64,000 nt of DNA. Origin: Octopus bimaculoides (lineage: Eukaryota). The notes under the pieces were generated by a model that did no database searches, was not told the origin of the DNA, and saw only the letters and a list, made by a program, of their open reading frames with translations. Location of the stretch: assembly GCF_001194135.2 (NCBI RefSeq), contig NC_068992.1:67285887-67349886 (forward strand), read 5' to 3'. The translations under genes and the position numbers were made by a program. How positions within the stretch are numbered: the stretch's first letter is position 1; each line of letters opens with the position of its first letter. Positions 41,621 to 54,240 of the stretch are shown here, one piece after another.

Positions 41621-41934
41621 AATATAAAATCATTAGAAAAACGCAGTCGATTTTCACCCATTTCATCTATTACTTAGTCATCCATTCCGAAAACCGTCAC
41701 TGCTGCATTTCGGTTTGGTATTAAAACCTCCAAGTCACATCAGCCAATAAGGTTTCGTTCCTTTTTCAGCTGTCACCTGAAGCTTGCTACGTATTTCATC
41801 TTCCTTGGTGTCTGTCGTTCCATTTGAACATAGGCAGAATACAGTTACGAGCATTTTCATGGGTTGGTCTGAATCTATCACATAAAATCCTCGCATTAAA
41901 TACTTAAGAAAAATATTAAAAGGTCCTTACCGAG

Positions 41935-42125
41935 TCATTGCTTCATACGACAGCTTTCACGGATTCTGTGGCATAAATATTTCAACCCTGGATGGGACGC
42001 CGGACTGTTGCCAGCTGAGTGGACTGGAGCAACGCGAAATGAGATGTTTGCTCAAGAAGATTACACATCAAATGGTCTAGGAATCGACACCATAATCTTA
42101 TGATCACAACTGCAGCACTGTAACT
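41935..42125 (-). mobile_element. SINE-like repeat, family C, with tRNA-like head
   Basis: gccagctgagtggactggagcaacgcgaaatgagatgtttgctcaag; B-box-like gtgtcgattcc on the minus strand. Confidence 0.65.
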
Positions 42126-42517
42126 TCTAAATTACGCGCTTGCACGCATTAAATATTTAACATACATTACATACCTAATAAGTTTATTTAATGGCTAATA
42201 GTCTCAGTCATTGAAAAGTTCTTCATTTTCTCTTCCTGTCAGAATAATAAATATGAAATAGTTTCTTTTCAGTTGATTTTTCATTTTCCGATTTCAACTT
42301 ATGAAAGCTGGTTAATCTCCTCTCGGTAATGACGTAGATGGTCGAATTATATTTGTGTAATTGGGTCGGACGAATCCTGAGCTGCGTAAACACTGATACA
42401 TCATTACAATACATCATCACAAAAGTGCAAGTTTCTGCTGATGACTATGGTCTCACCAAAAATGAAATTGATGCTCGTGAACAAACTGCTAAATATGAAG
42501 TTCAGCCCTCAGTTGCA

Positions 42518-42612
42518 GAACTTCTCGGCTCCATGAACCTTCCAGCTCCATAAACATTCGACTCCATGAACTTCACGACTCCATAAAACTTTCGGCTCTA
42601 TGAAGCCCTCGA
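42518..42612. repeat. Minisatellite, ~5.5 units of 16-17 bp
   Basis: Units gaacttctcggctccat / gaaccttccagctccat / aaacattcgactccat / gaacttcacgactccat / aaaactttcggctctat. Confidence 0.8.
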
Positions 42613-42699
42613 GAGACAAAAGCAAGAAGAAGATCTGCTCCCTTGAATGATGTAAGCTCTTTTGGATAGAAAATTTTAATAGCACTCCGATGATTAATA

Positions 42700-43110
42700 C
42701 GAATATAGGTGCGACATCTGGGTGGGTGGCCATCCTGGCTGCGTCACCTCAAGCAGTCTTGAGACGAATACATTGTGTTGACCCTGCGAAGGACCTTTGT
42801 TTTCAGCCACCAGGACTACTGCTCTCAGCTATGGTGACCACAAAATGCCAAATACAGAGTGGCATTTGAAGCGGTCCAACGTCACTACACTCGAAAGATT
42901 GTAACATTGCAACAGAGGAGCTACAGGGAGAGGCTGCACATCTAAGACTTTGCTTCTTGGAACGAATACGCGACAGATGTCTAGTAATCTAAATATCGGA
43001 AATTCTAGAAAGGCTAATAACTAATTTCGTCATGAAGTGTTATACAAATGCGCGAATGCTGTTCTATTCTAACAAAGGTACCATCCGCTCCGTTTAAATT
43101 CAGGACGAGG
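42700..43110 (+). mobile_element. CR1-like LINE 3' RT-adjacent fragment
   Basis: DYCSQLW*PQNAKYRVAFEAVQRHYTRKI...SYRERL matches the CR1 LEYCS.+W.P...LE.VQR..T..Y.ERL pattern. Confidence 0.65.
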
Positions 43111-43149
43111 TATTACAAAAACTTGGGGTTCATAGGTCCACAGGTCTTA

Positions 43150-43440
43150 AATGACCTGCCACAAAAATTAAGAAACCTATAGAATGTGGACACAGATGTT
43201 TTTAAACCATGACTGGAAATTTTCCCTTTACGAAACCGGAGGAACGGGCCACTTGGCATGAGGTACACACGAGGGCAATGGGGTCCATCTCCTTCATACA
43301 CGAAATGGCCCAACAGCCGGAACAATAGCACGTACCTACAGTGGCGATGTGAAACCCCATGACCCCGAGCGAATCAGATGGAGAATCATAAGTAAACGGG
43401 CCAACTCACAGAGGTAGATAAGAATATATATATATAATTT
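43150..43440 (+). mobile_element. Possible Penelope-like GIY-YIG C-terminal remnant
   Basis: Across frameshifts SFIHE...STYLQW...IRWRIISKR resembles the PLE SF.HE..T.LS.Y.W..I.W.I pattern; runs toward (TA)n and a gap. Confidence 0.3.
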
Positions 43441-44759
43441 TTGCAATGGCTCCATAACTACCCCAGTAACACCCCAACTACAACTATATATATATATATA
43501 TATATATNNNNNNNNNNNNNNNNNNNNNNNNNNNNNNNNNNNNNNNNNNNNNNNNNNNNNNNNNNNNNNNNNNNNNNNNNNNNNNNNNNNNNNNNNNNNN
43601 NNNNNNNNNNNNNNNNNNNNNNNNNNNNNNNNNNNNNNNNNNNNNNNNNNNNNNNNNNNNNNNNNNNNNNNNNNNNATATATATGTATATATACATGCAT
43701 GCATAGATATATATACGCGCAGACACACAGGTATAGAATTGATATCCTAAATGAAACCTAAATTTTGATGGATGACTCGCATTACAAAAAATAACAACAA
43801 CTCTGTAGAGATTTTCTTGCATCATAAACCTGATGTATTCGAAATGATTCTCTGTGATGTCTTTGCGAACTTAACGAAACGGAAACCGAGCGTACACATT
43901 AAGATATTTTATTGAAACATTAATTTTTTAGCATATATTGATTGGTAGTTTCAATTTGAAAACAGTAAAACTATATTAAAGAAAATTATGCTTACTTTTA
44001 ACGGCCATGACTTATGTATTGTATTTTATTTTAAACTCGTTCTATTTTTTCTCAGGAACTGTATTTCTTGATAATATATTTTAATAATTGATCAATATAT
44101 TTTATTAATATCATTTAATCCACTCCAGTTTCTGTTGATAGCCCCAAGACAAATATTGTATAGAATGATATCACAGCATTTGTGTGTTATATTTCTTTAT
44201 GTTACATCGTTTATATTTGTCCACATAATGTTTTCTTATCTGTCTCCGATTGTAGAATACAAATAAGTGACATTAAATTAGTTGAGATATTGCCAATAAA
44301 CAATAGTCAAGGGGATCTGATAACGTCGTTTCTGTTTTTCTTTAATATCTATCAAATTACATAGACAATGTTTTAGCAGTATAAATAATGTTTTCAACAA
44401 AGATTAAGCACAATACATGGAGGTTTTGTACACATAATAAACTCCAATCTGTTGACTCATTTGTACATTCGAGAGAACATTGCCTCAAATAAGTTTTTGC
44501 CAGCATTTTATGTAGGTGACCAATGATGTTTGATGCAGCCAGAACTAAAAACTGCACATGATTTGTGTGTATTTTTCAAAATCTATTTTTGAGTTTTCAA
44601 GGCAGCCAGTACCATTTTTAGTTTCCCCCAGAATACAAGACGTTTCGTTTTTAATAGATAAGAGTCTTTCAAATGTACGCAATGGCATGGTGGTAGAGGA
44701 AAGTTAGAAAATGGATTGAGTCTTGTTATGAAGAACTGGAATGAACCATCTAATCCCTT

Positions 44760-44900
44760 TCCTTAACGTTTCTATCTGTCCAATTTTGGGGAAGATCCTG
44801 TTATCCGTGCGTGTTACTTATAGAATCCACTTAGCCAAGGAGAATGTATCGAACTCAATATCTCGTAGTTTGGTTTCTAACATCTTTATCACACAGCTAT
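44760..44900 (-). mobile_element. Degraded tRNA-SINE head
   Basis: Minus strand ggacatagctgtgtgataaag...GAGTTCGATAC. Confidence 0.35.
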
Positions 44901-45973
44901 GTCCATAACTCTTAGGAAAAAGAGGTAATTCATAATTTAAATAGCCCTGCATAATTACTATGAGTTGTTGCTCATCGATTATCATAAAATTTGCTTTTCG
45001 TTATTATTTAGTAATTACTGTCAATGTCGTTCTTTAGTGAAAGCAGCTCCTGTACTTTTATACTACAATACTTAAGTTGCGAAAATCGTCTAAGTGTTGT
45101 AACACATAATTAGAATTCATGGATCATTTTCCAGTTCTTTACGCAATATAAGTAAGTCCTTCTGTGAGACGTTATCTTTAAAGAACCATAAACTTTATGT
45201 AGATATTATTTTACAGCAGCAGATATTGCTCAGTTGAATAATGCAGCAGACTTAGTAAGCCAAAAGAATAAAAATTTTGGCCGCAAGTGAAGAGAACATT
45301 GCGTCACACATAAGGCAACGCCGCCTCACACGTAAGAGGACATTAACGCAAATATAAGAGACATTTACCTCACCGATCGTGCATGGAGGAATAAATGGAA
45401 ATTATACAATAATGTGACGGAAACAATTATAGCAGAAGAAATATTCCATTTATTGGAATTCATAGACCAATTTTAGATAACTTGCCACACGAGGATAAAG
45501 TGTTCAAATTTGTATTATTAGGCCGCAACATTGTGCCAGATGTAAAATCACCAATATATTGGGATAAATGCCAGACATTGAGGTCTTTCATTTAGTTTGG
45601 GGAATTCTCGTCTTTTAAGTACAGATATTTTAGTCTTATTATTTATCTACAATTTCCGAAATATTCTACTGAATAACGCTAATGTATTCAATTACCTCTT
45701 CTGCGGTTGACGAAAAAACTATTGTATGTAGATAGTGTTTGCAAAGACACTTGGTTTCTAACTGAATTAAAACAAGAATAGGCTTGCTCTTGGACACTAA
45801 GCGATATCAGTTGAGAGCAAAGCTAACTCCATTGACAATAAACGCTGTTTGCAGGTGTATACTTACCTACCTACCTACCTACCTACCTACCTACCTACAT
45901 ACATACATACATACATACATACATGCATACATGTGTACTCCAAAACTGTTGTAATTTGCACAAGCATATGCAC

Positions 45974-46011
<38 letters not shown>

Positions 46012-46052
46012 GTGTGCAATAAATGTATTCTTCAACCTAGCCAGCTGTTTGA

Positions 46053-46102
<50 letters not shown>

Positions 46103-47093
46103 AAATTTTATACACCTTGTCATATTATCATCCTTTAAGCTAACAAGACTGCATACATATTTGTACACACACGCACGCATGCACAAACTCACACACGTGC
46201 GCGCGCGTGTATATGTACATAAGTGTGTATAGTGTAGCATCTTAGTATCTACTATCTAAAATACTCTGCAATCTAATTTTGGTATACTTTTATAAATCAT
46301 TTCGGATTACCGATTGGAAATGAGTTATCGTTAAAACGTTAGACTCGGCATCTGATTTTACTAATTCATTACATTGCAATTCGTGATAAAAGCACGGTTT
46401 CCTGTTGATGTTTAGCCTGGAGCTGTTTCGCAAAAGTTTTCCTCTACGATATAAGAAACTGTTATATAACATTCTACGTGGGCGTTCATATATTTTAGTT
46501 TTCCATTAATAATGTCAGAAATGTACTTGGAACAAGGAAATCAGCCATCGCTTCTAGGTGTGTTTCATAGCCATTACAGATATTCACATTATCAGATAAT
46601 ATTCTCTTCTGCATCGTCGTATCCATTAAACATTTCGGGACATTTGTAATGTTGCTTTTCTCATTGAAACTCATTAATAAAAGTGATTTCTTCACAGGAT
46701 TTCGTCTAAGAGTAGTTTACTGCTTCATTGTATAGTATTATGAAAAGTTTGTACCAATTAAGAACGATAACGTAAAATAATACACAAAATCATCGTTGTA
46801 ACATCATCTATTTCTGAAAGACGATCACGGACAAATATTCCCATTCTTCATTCATTGAATGTAGAGTTACTAGAAAGAGAAGAGTCGACTATTATTTCTG
46901 CTTAAATTACTCATATTGCAGTTGGCTGTTCCATGTAAAATCATTATTGACCCTATTTGAAGTCAGCGGACTGTGAAATGACACTATGTACTGCAGTGTA
47001 TTATGTCTGATTTTCATTAGTTTCGTCGTTTTGATTGTCATTTTTAAATTAGCTATTGCCTTCATTTGCATTATAACGAAATCTACTGTTTAT

Positions 47094-47147
<54 letters not shown>

Positions 47148-48424
47148 AAGAGAGAGAAAGAGAAGGGAGAGAGGGCGAGAGAGACCGGCTTTACTATGTA
47201 GATACAAGTCTTTCTCTGCTTATATTAATCATCTTAATAGAGGACATTGATGTAAGCAACTCTGCCAGTTCCACGCATTCTTATCTTAACATTGTGTGTT
47301 CTATCAGGCACATTAATAATCTTTCACACGATATTAAATGACCTTCAAGTAATATTCAAAAATTTCTACTAACAACCCCGAGACAACAAAGGTAAATAAA
47401 TTTGCATAGCGATTGACAGGCTATCAAATACCTTTAAATACCTTTGCTTACCGTTGCTGTGATGTTTCTGCCGGTATTTCCGTTCTTATCAAATTGAATA
47501 TTATAAACTTTAATGCATTCACTTTTGTTATTAAAAAGGAATACGGCCACTTTAATTCTCTTTATACTTCTTTATTAATTACATTTATCTCTTCGAATTA
47601 ATATTAATACCAGTCGAAGAGATAAACATAACGTTATCTATCACATTTCTTATAATGTAAGCCACACTTTCTCTGTGTACGTGTATTTCATTAAATTCAG
47701 GAAACTTTCGGAGTTGTTTAATAGGAAGGATTTTGATGATTTATGATGTGAGCTATCTGTTAATTAGAAATTAATACTTAATACTTAATTTTATACAACA
47801 GTATTGCTTCACATTAATTATTATTGGCGAATGGTCATCCTGCTTAATGCGGTAATCAACTTGAAGAAATATTTTCCGTAAGATATTCGCCACTCATATA
47901 CAAAGATGTGGTTGTGTCATATGACACCATGGAGAGTTTATTAGTTTGTTTTAAAGTAGAGCTTTAAACCCGGTACCATAGACGTTCAAGATACACCACA
48001 GTCTTTCAAGTTATAGAAACAGTGTTGTGCAGTGTAAAATTAATCTCAAATATGTGTCTTTGTAAAATTCTATTTTCCCAAATGTTATGATTGGGGTGAG
48101 CAAAAATATGAAAAGTAGGACAAAATAGTTTAGAAAAGGTAAAGTAAATTTAGACTGCATTACACTGAAATAAATTAAATCCTCGTTTCGAGAATCACCT
48201 TTTGCTGAATATAAAACACACAATGGTTAACGTAAGATTCCTTATAGCGAATACTGTTTCAAAATATGGAACATCGATGAAACCGTATATATATTTAATC
48301 TTACGTTCGTAAAACGTGAGAGCATTGCTAGGGAAGTATATACACGATTGAACTAACGCTGATATGTGAATGATTTGAAAAAAAAAACCTTAGATATAAG
48401 AATTACCTACTTAAATATATTTAG

Positions 48425-48502
48425 GTTTGCTACGCTGAGATTTACGTTTACAGTCAACGACGAAGGAAGTGTGGTAATTACACATGACCTCGTTTTCGAT
48501 AC
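48425..48502 (+). pseudogene. Duplicate of the 50555 candidate exon with a net 32 bp frameshifting deletion
   Basis: 48421-48490 matches 50551-50620 with 6 substitutions; homology starts at tttAG. After catgacct it jumps to gttttcgatac. Confidence 0.4.
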
Positions 48503-49336
48503 AGCCAATGAGGAATCAACAAAGAGGCAGCTTTAGAAGTTTGTTTAATTACGTCTATTGTCCTTTATTTGAAAATTATCTTAATGGAGTAGCACCTAAA
48601 ATAGAACCATATTTTTTTCTATGGTAACATAATGAGGACCGAAAAAAAGGATCTTAATTTCGCTATATTAAAAGCAGTCACAACGTAACTATAGACACTG
48701 ATAGGCAATGAACTTGCTTAACCATGTCAATTAGCCTCTGAATAAAAATATGTTTGTATTTTAAAGTGTATTTCTTGGATAGTTCTGCTTTTGCGTTTGT
48801 TGCTTTTAAATTTTTCGCTTCTGGCAATCCTACCGCTATCTCAAATAGTCCATCAAAATGATTACATTCTAATGGTTGTGATGCATTAGATTGTTTTGAA
48901 TTTATTTTGCTCATAGGAAGATACGAGTTCAAAACAGTAAAATAAATGTTATGCCCTGCGGAAAAGAAGTGTAACAAATCAGGACGGAACACTTTATGGC
49001 AGAGAGACGAAATATTTACATCATGAATACACCGAAAGTAGTACTAGAGTATATTATTCTGGCAAAATAGGAAAAAGGAGGTAAGAAAGAAGAGGCTAGN
49101 NNNNNNNNNNNNNNNNNNNNNNNNNNNNNNNNNNNNNNNNNNNNNNNNNNNNNNNNNNNNNNNNNNNNNNNNNNNNNNNNNNNNNNNNNNNNNNNNNNNN
49201 NNNNNNNNNNNNNNNNNNNNNNNNNNNNNNNNNNNNNNNNNGAGTATATTATTCTGGCAAAATAGGAAAAAGGAGGTAAGAAAGAAGAGGCTAGTGGAAA
49301 TTCGTTCGTATACATGTATGTATGTATGTATGTATG

Positions 49337-49368
<32 letters not shown>

Positions 49369-49387
49369 CATCTATATACACTTTTTT

Positions 49388-49753
49388 TACTTGTTTCAGT
49401 CATTTTACTGCGGCCATGCTGGAGCACCGCCTTCAGTCGAGCAAATCGACCCCAGGACTTATTCTTTGTAAGCCTAGTACTTATTCTATCGGGCTGTTTT
49501 GCCGAACCGCTAAGTTACGGGGACGTAAACACACCAGCATCAGTTGTCAAGCGATGTTCGGGGGACAAATACAGACACACAAACACACACACATATATAT
49601 ATACAGATACATATATACGACGGAATTCTTTTAATTTCCGTCTACCAAATCCACTCACAAGGCTTTGGTTGGCCCGAGGCTATAGTAGAAGACATATGCC
49701 CAAGTTACCATGTGGTTGGTAAGCAAGCTACTTGCCACACAGCCACCCCTGCG

Positions 49754-49757
<4 letters not shown>
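49388..49757 (-). mobile_element. tRNA-derived SINE, family B, well preserved
   Basis: cttgtttcagtcattttactgcggccatgctggagcacc...cttgccacacagccacccctgcgcct. Confidence 0.9.
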
Positions 49758-49788
<31 letters not shown>

Positions 49789-50554
49789 NNNNNNNNNNNN
49801 NNNNNNNNNNNNNNNNNNNNNNNNNNNNNNNNNNNNNNNNNNNNNNNNNNNNNNNNNNNNNNNNNNNNNNNNNNNNNNNNNNNGCTTGGTGTGACTAGGA
49901 ATTCTGGAATTACAATATCCGCGTGTTATCAATTACCTTTTATTGTAGAGATTTTCATTAGCTCAAACAAATTAAGTACACAGCAAAAGATAAAAATTCA
50001 TTAATGTAGGATTAAGCAAAATTAGATTGCATGAATAAAAAGAAACCTGTTACATATATTTCAATAGTAGACAGTAAACTTCTGCACTATTTTCTGTTCT
50101 CCGTGGAACAATTAAACCCCACTTTTTATGCAACTTAATGTCATTTCTTTTTGTCATTTCGTGGAGTGTTTCCCTACGTTTTACCATCGATAAAGTAATA
50201 CATTCACAAATGCTATTTTGTAATCCAAAAACAACCACTCCTTGCCAGTATGTTCGAAACTATTGCTGTCATTAATGGTGCTTCATTTTCGACTAATGCA
50301 TTTTCTGTTAAAGGCCTGAATGACACTGCATAAGGAATGCTTTTACCAGCCAACCTCTTCCTTCATCTGCAATAAATGAATTTATATTTGTGATGTCTTT
50401 TAAATTGAGAATCCGAAACATTGAATTATAACAGCGTGAATTGCACACCTACAAATGTTGTGGGAAAATATTCCCGCTATTTGCAATAACTTCCCACGTT
50501 TTTCGAAATGCAAGAATATAATATAACTGGTCTGAATATTAAAGCTCTCTTTAG

Positions 50555-50708
50555 GTTTGCTACGCTCAAATTTACGTTTACAGCCAACGACGAAAGAAGT
50601 GTGGTAATTACACATGACCTGGTTCCGGTGGGGACTTTATGTTTAGAATTTTGGTTTTCGATACTTTCTGATAGTTTTGCTCAACTTCATATAACATTGA
50701 CAAAATGA
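50555..50708 (+). CDS. Candidate exon, MAM-domain-like peptide ending at a stop
   Basis: Acceptor gctctctttAG; frame FATLKFTFTANDERSVVITHDLVPVGTLCLEFWFSILSDSFAQLHITLTK* resembles the MAM ..I(S/T)..L.P.G..CL.FW(Y/F)....L.+ segment. This is pattern recognition only. Confidence 0.35.
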
Positions 50709-51877
50709 GAAGTCATATTCTCAAAAAGAGAATACAAAATATGTGCATATATTTTAATAACTGACCTTTTATCTCAACTTATACAAAATATATTAGTTCA
50801 TTACAAACCAAGCAATGACAAGGCAAAATGAACAGTCAAAAATTACTCAACGGAAATTTGAGAAATGTAAGCGGTATAAATTTGTGTCTATATATCAAGA
50901 CTATGAAATCAAGAAGACGGGTAAATAAAGTGAGAGGGAGAGAGGGAGAGAAAGAGAGAGAGAGGAGATGCAGAAGGCAGACAGGCAGCGGGGATGAAAC
51001 ATGAAATATGAGAGATATTATTGAAGTGGCTAAGTAAATTCAAACTGATTCTAAATTATTATGTAATGCAGAGAAAAGCGTTAGAAGATAAACTTTTTCG
51101 TAGCTCACAAATAGGAATTACGCCGTAAAACTTACATTTTCTTATTGAAAAGTAAATGGGAATATAATACCACGTATTCACAAAAATTAAGTCTAAGTCC
51201 GTAATTTACTTCTGTGAATAATAAAAAAAACATTGAGAAAATAAATGTTTCATTTAAAATATATATTCAAAATTAGTCTTTTAATTATATTTTTGCCTCA
51301 TATTCTATTTACATAAATACTACTCAAAATTAATAGCCTTTTGGCATCTTTTAGAATTATTGAGTTTTATTTATACATAAAAAATCGATTTATAAAGGAT
51401 TATTATATATTTATTATTACAGTAGCATATATTAATTAAAACAAAAAGTAAAAAAATGGGAAGAAAAGTGGTTATATATTTTTATTTATATTTATTTTTC
51501 ATAACCGAATATTAATTTTAATTCCCAGACAGAGTTAAATGCAAATTTGGGAGAAAAAAACCCACAAAATAAAAGAATAATGCATACAAATGAAACTTAT
51601 GCTAAGCTACGAATTCGAAGACTTGCCATAATTTTCTAGAAGAGTCTGCAGTACTGAAGTTAGTGATCTCACGTAACGAGATTCATTCCCGCTTGAGAAT
51701 AATGCAACACAATAGGTGAGGATAAGGCGTATGTATGGCAATAATGTAGAGTGAGGTGAGATAATGAATGTTGGGAATGGATCACAGTTGTTTATTTCAA
51801 AATTTTATGCTATCAAATTATTTAGGGGTACAAATTTCCCATTAGCGGAACTAGAAAACGTATTATTTAGACATTGC

Positions 51878-52122
51878 TTTCAAATTTTGGCGCAAGGCCA
51901 GCAATTTCGGACGATGGGGGTACGTCGATTATATCGACCCTAGTACTTAACTGGTACTTATTTTATCGACCGCGAAATGATGAAAAGTAAAGTCGACATC
52001 GGTGAAATGTGTACTCAGAACGTAATGTCGGATTGAATACCGCTAATAATTATGATCGCCATGCCAATGATTCCGCCATGCCAATGATTCCGCCATGCCA
52101 ATGATTCCTCCAGCTCGTCACC
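51878..52122 (-). mobile_element. tRNA-derived SINE, family A, near full length, with a 17 bp triplication in the head
   Basis: ttcaaattttggcgcaaggccagcaatttc...gtcgattatatcgaccctagtacttaactggtacttattttatcgacc...ccagctcg; cgccatgccaatgattc x3 at 52057-52107. Confidence 0.85.
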
Positions 52123-53016
52123 TTGACCTTATTTAGAAAGGGATCCAAGATTGCTAATTGCACAGTGCATGCATTGAGTAAAACAGCGTAACACAAATAA
52201 CTAAGATTTATATAGCCAAAATAGAAAAATAAACTAACAAATGACTCGTAAAGAACTTCCATGCTTGAAGTTCTGTAAACTATCGCGGATAAGTAAGACG
52301 TATTTGTATTCATTCATTAACGAATTATATATGCTTATACAGAATCATTATTTTTCGATAACATAAACTATATATAACAATAACTAAATTTCTAACAATA
52401 TTTCCTGCTCCAATCAAAGTCATAATTTGAAATAAATTGCATATAATAATAGTCGTGGTGTTCTACATTATGTTTCCTACTCTCGTAGCCTTAGTTTGTG
52501 GTGAGCTTTTATAGAAATATTTATATAAACCTGTTCGCTACTTGTGAAAACAATGTATAACATTTCACAGTAAGAAATGTCACTTGTTTTTGTTCGGCAA
52601 TAATATAAAAAAATCCTTAAATATGTGTAGAATTGCTAATTGGCAGCTTAAAACATCCGCATACAGCTCTCACATGTGATGCAATGTGAAAGATGTCAAA
52701 ACTCCTGCTATTAAGTATACATCTGTCCAAGATACTTAAACGAACTTTATGATCTGCAAATACAGAGAAACGGTGGCGAATAATTGGAAAAAGTATTTGA
52801 GCTTAGCAAACATGAATGATTTCGAAAAAGAAAATATTGGTTATACAACGTTGTTTTTCTAAATATATCTTCGCCTACGCAGGACGTAATGGATGTTGAT
52901 ATTCCTGCGAAATATTAGCATTTAACAGTTCAATGCTATTTTGTGTTCAAAAGTAAATTTTCAGAAGTATTTTCACACTGTTTATGTATATTAAGTTACT
53001 TAACTTTTATCTTTCA

Positions 53017-53200
53017 CTTGTTTCAGTCACTGGACTGCAATGATGCTGGGGCATTGCCTTGGAGTGTTTAATCGAACAAATCATCCCCATTATCTTAGTT
53101 TGGCAATTAATCTATCGGTCTCTTTTTTACAGCCCCACTAATGTATGAGAACGTAAAGAAACTAACACCGGTTGCCAGGGGTCATGTGGAGACAAACAAA
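53017..53200 (-). mobile_element. SINE family B, 3' portion only, degraded
   Basis: cttgtttcagtcactggactgc...gtcgaac-like aatcgaacaaatc...tctatcggtctcttt. Confidence 0.6.
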
Positions 53201-53989
53201 AACCTTAGACACATACACATGCATGCACACACACACACACAGAGTCACCTGCCCCATACATACATATATATAAATATATATATATATATTATTTTATATC
53301 ATTGTATGTTTGAATACCACGCATCCTCTTCCAAGTAAGTTTTATCTTAATACTTCTGATGTACACTCTATACGATCTTTTTACTCTTTCGTTTGTCTCT
53401 CTTATTCTTTTACCTGCTCTTCTCCCACTATTCTATCCTATTGCTCTCTCACTCTCTCTCTCCCTCCCCTCCTCCTTTGCTCACTTGGCTCCCACGTGAC
53501 CATCGGCCATCTTTCTTTCTTCCTCGAACTTGTGTTTCTTTCTTTCTCTCCGTTGTAGCTAGAACAAAGAAGACGTGTTCTTGTTTGTCTCCTGTCCAAT
53601 GTTTATTTACGCGTTGGCCACCACAACCTAGTTTGGGCTTAGCAGCCCTTCATGTTTGTTTTCACTGTCCTGTTGTTGTTACCCATTTTGAGATTTTGCG
53701 GAGCGTCAATTAAAGATGCAGACAATTAAAGAAGCAGACAAATGAAGTGATGTTGTCTTCATGGACATATAATTCTATAAAAAAACCTAGTATTATCCAT
53801 GCTAGAACACGATACCTTCTACAAAAAAGTTATAAACTATAAACAACAAAAAACAATGAAACATCTTGCATCCTTAAGTATTCTTTACATCTCTCATCCT
53901 CTCTCCGCTTCTGTATGGGTGTGTCTATGTGTGTGCGTGCATGTGTGTGAAGGGTTGTGTCACACAGGTGACTTTTAGTTCACTCATTT

Positions 53990-54240
53990 GATTCAGATGA
54001 TCAAGTTATGGATTCTTTTTCTGGACCGGATGTTAAGTTGTGTCCATGTGCAAGCCTATCTTATCATTTCACACTGCTCCAATCAACTCAGCTGAAAATG
54101 AGCAGTTGCATTGTGTGCCAGTGCCGTTTCCACTCTTTGGCATGTCACATCCTTAGTGGCAGAGCGAAACCATGTGCATATCTGCTGGTGCCTAAATGAG
54201 CTACAACGTCATCTTCGCTTCCGAGTGACGGCTAAGCTAC
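53990..54240 (+). mobile_element. SINE-like repeat, family C, + orientation
   Basis: ttgtgtccatgtgcaagcc...tttcacactgctccaatcaactcagctg is the reverse complement of the family C motif. Confidence 0.5.

Noticed and set aside
42518-42612. Short repeats considered as a CRISPR-like array
   Set aside because: Units are contiguous with no unique spacers, the context is eukaryotic, and there are no cas genes.
49047-49294. 53 bp direct repeat flanking the gap (49047-49099 and 49242-49294)
   Set aside because: Same assembly artefact.
53560-53720. Minus-strand MKG..AQTRLWWP resembling the Gypsy integrase zinc-binding region
   Set aside because: Too short and interrupted by stops; no LTR or other pol motifs nearby.
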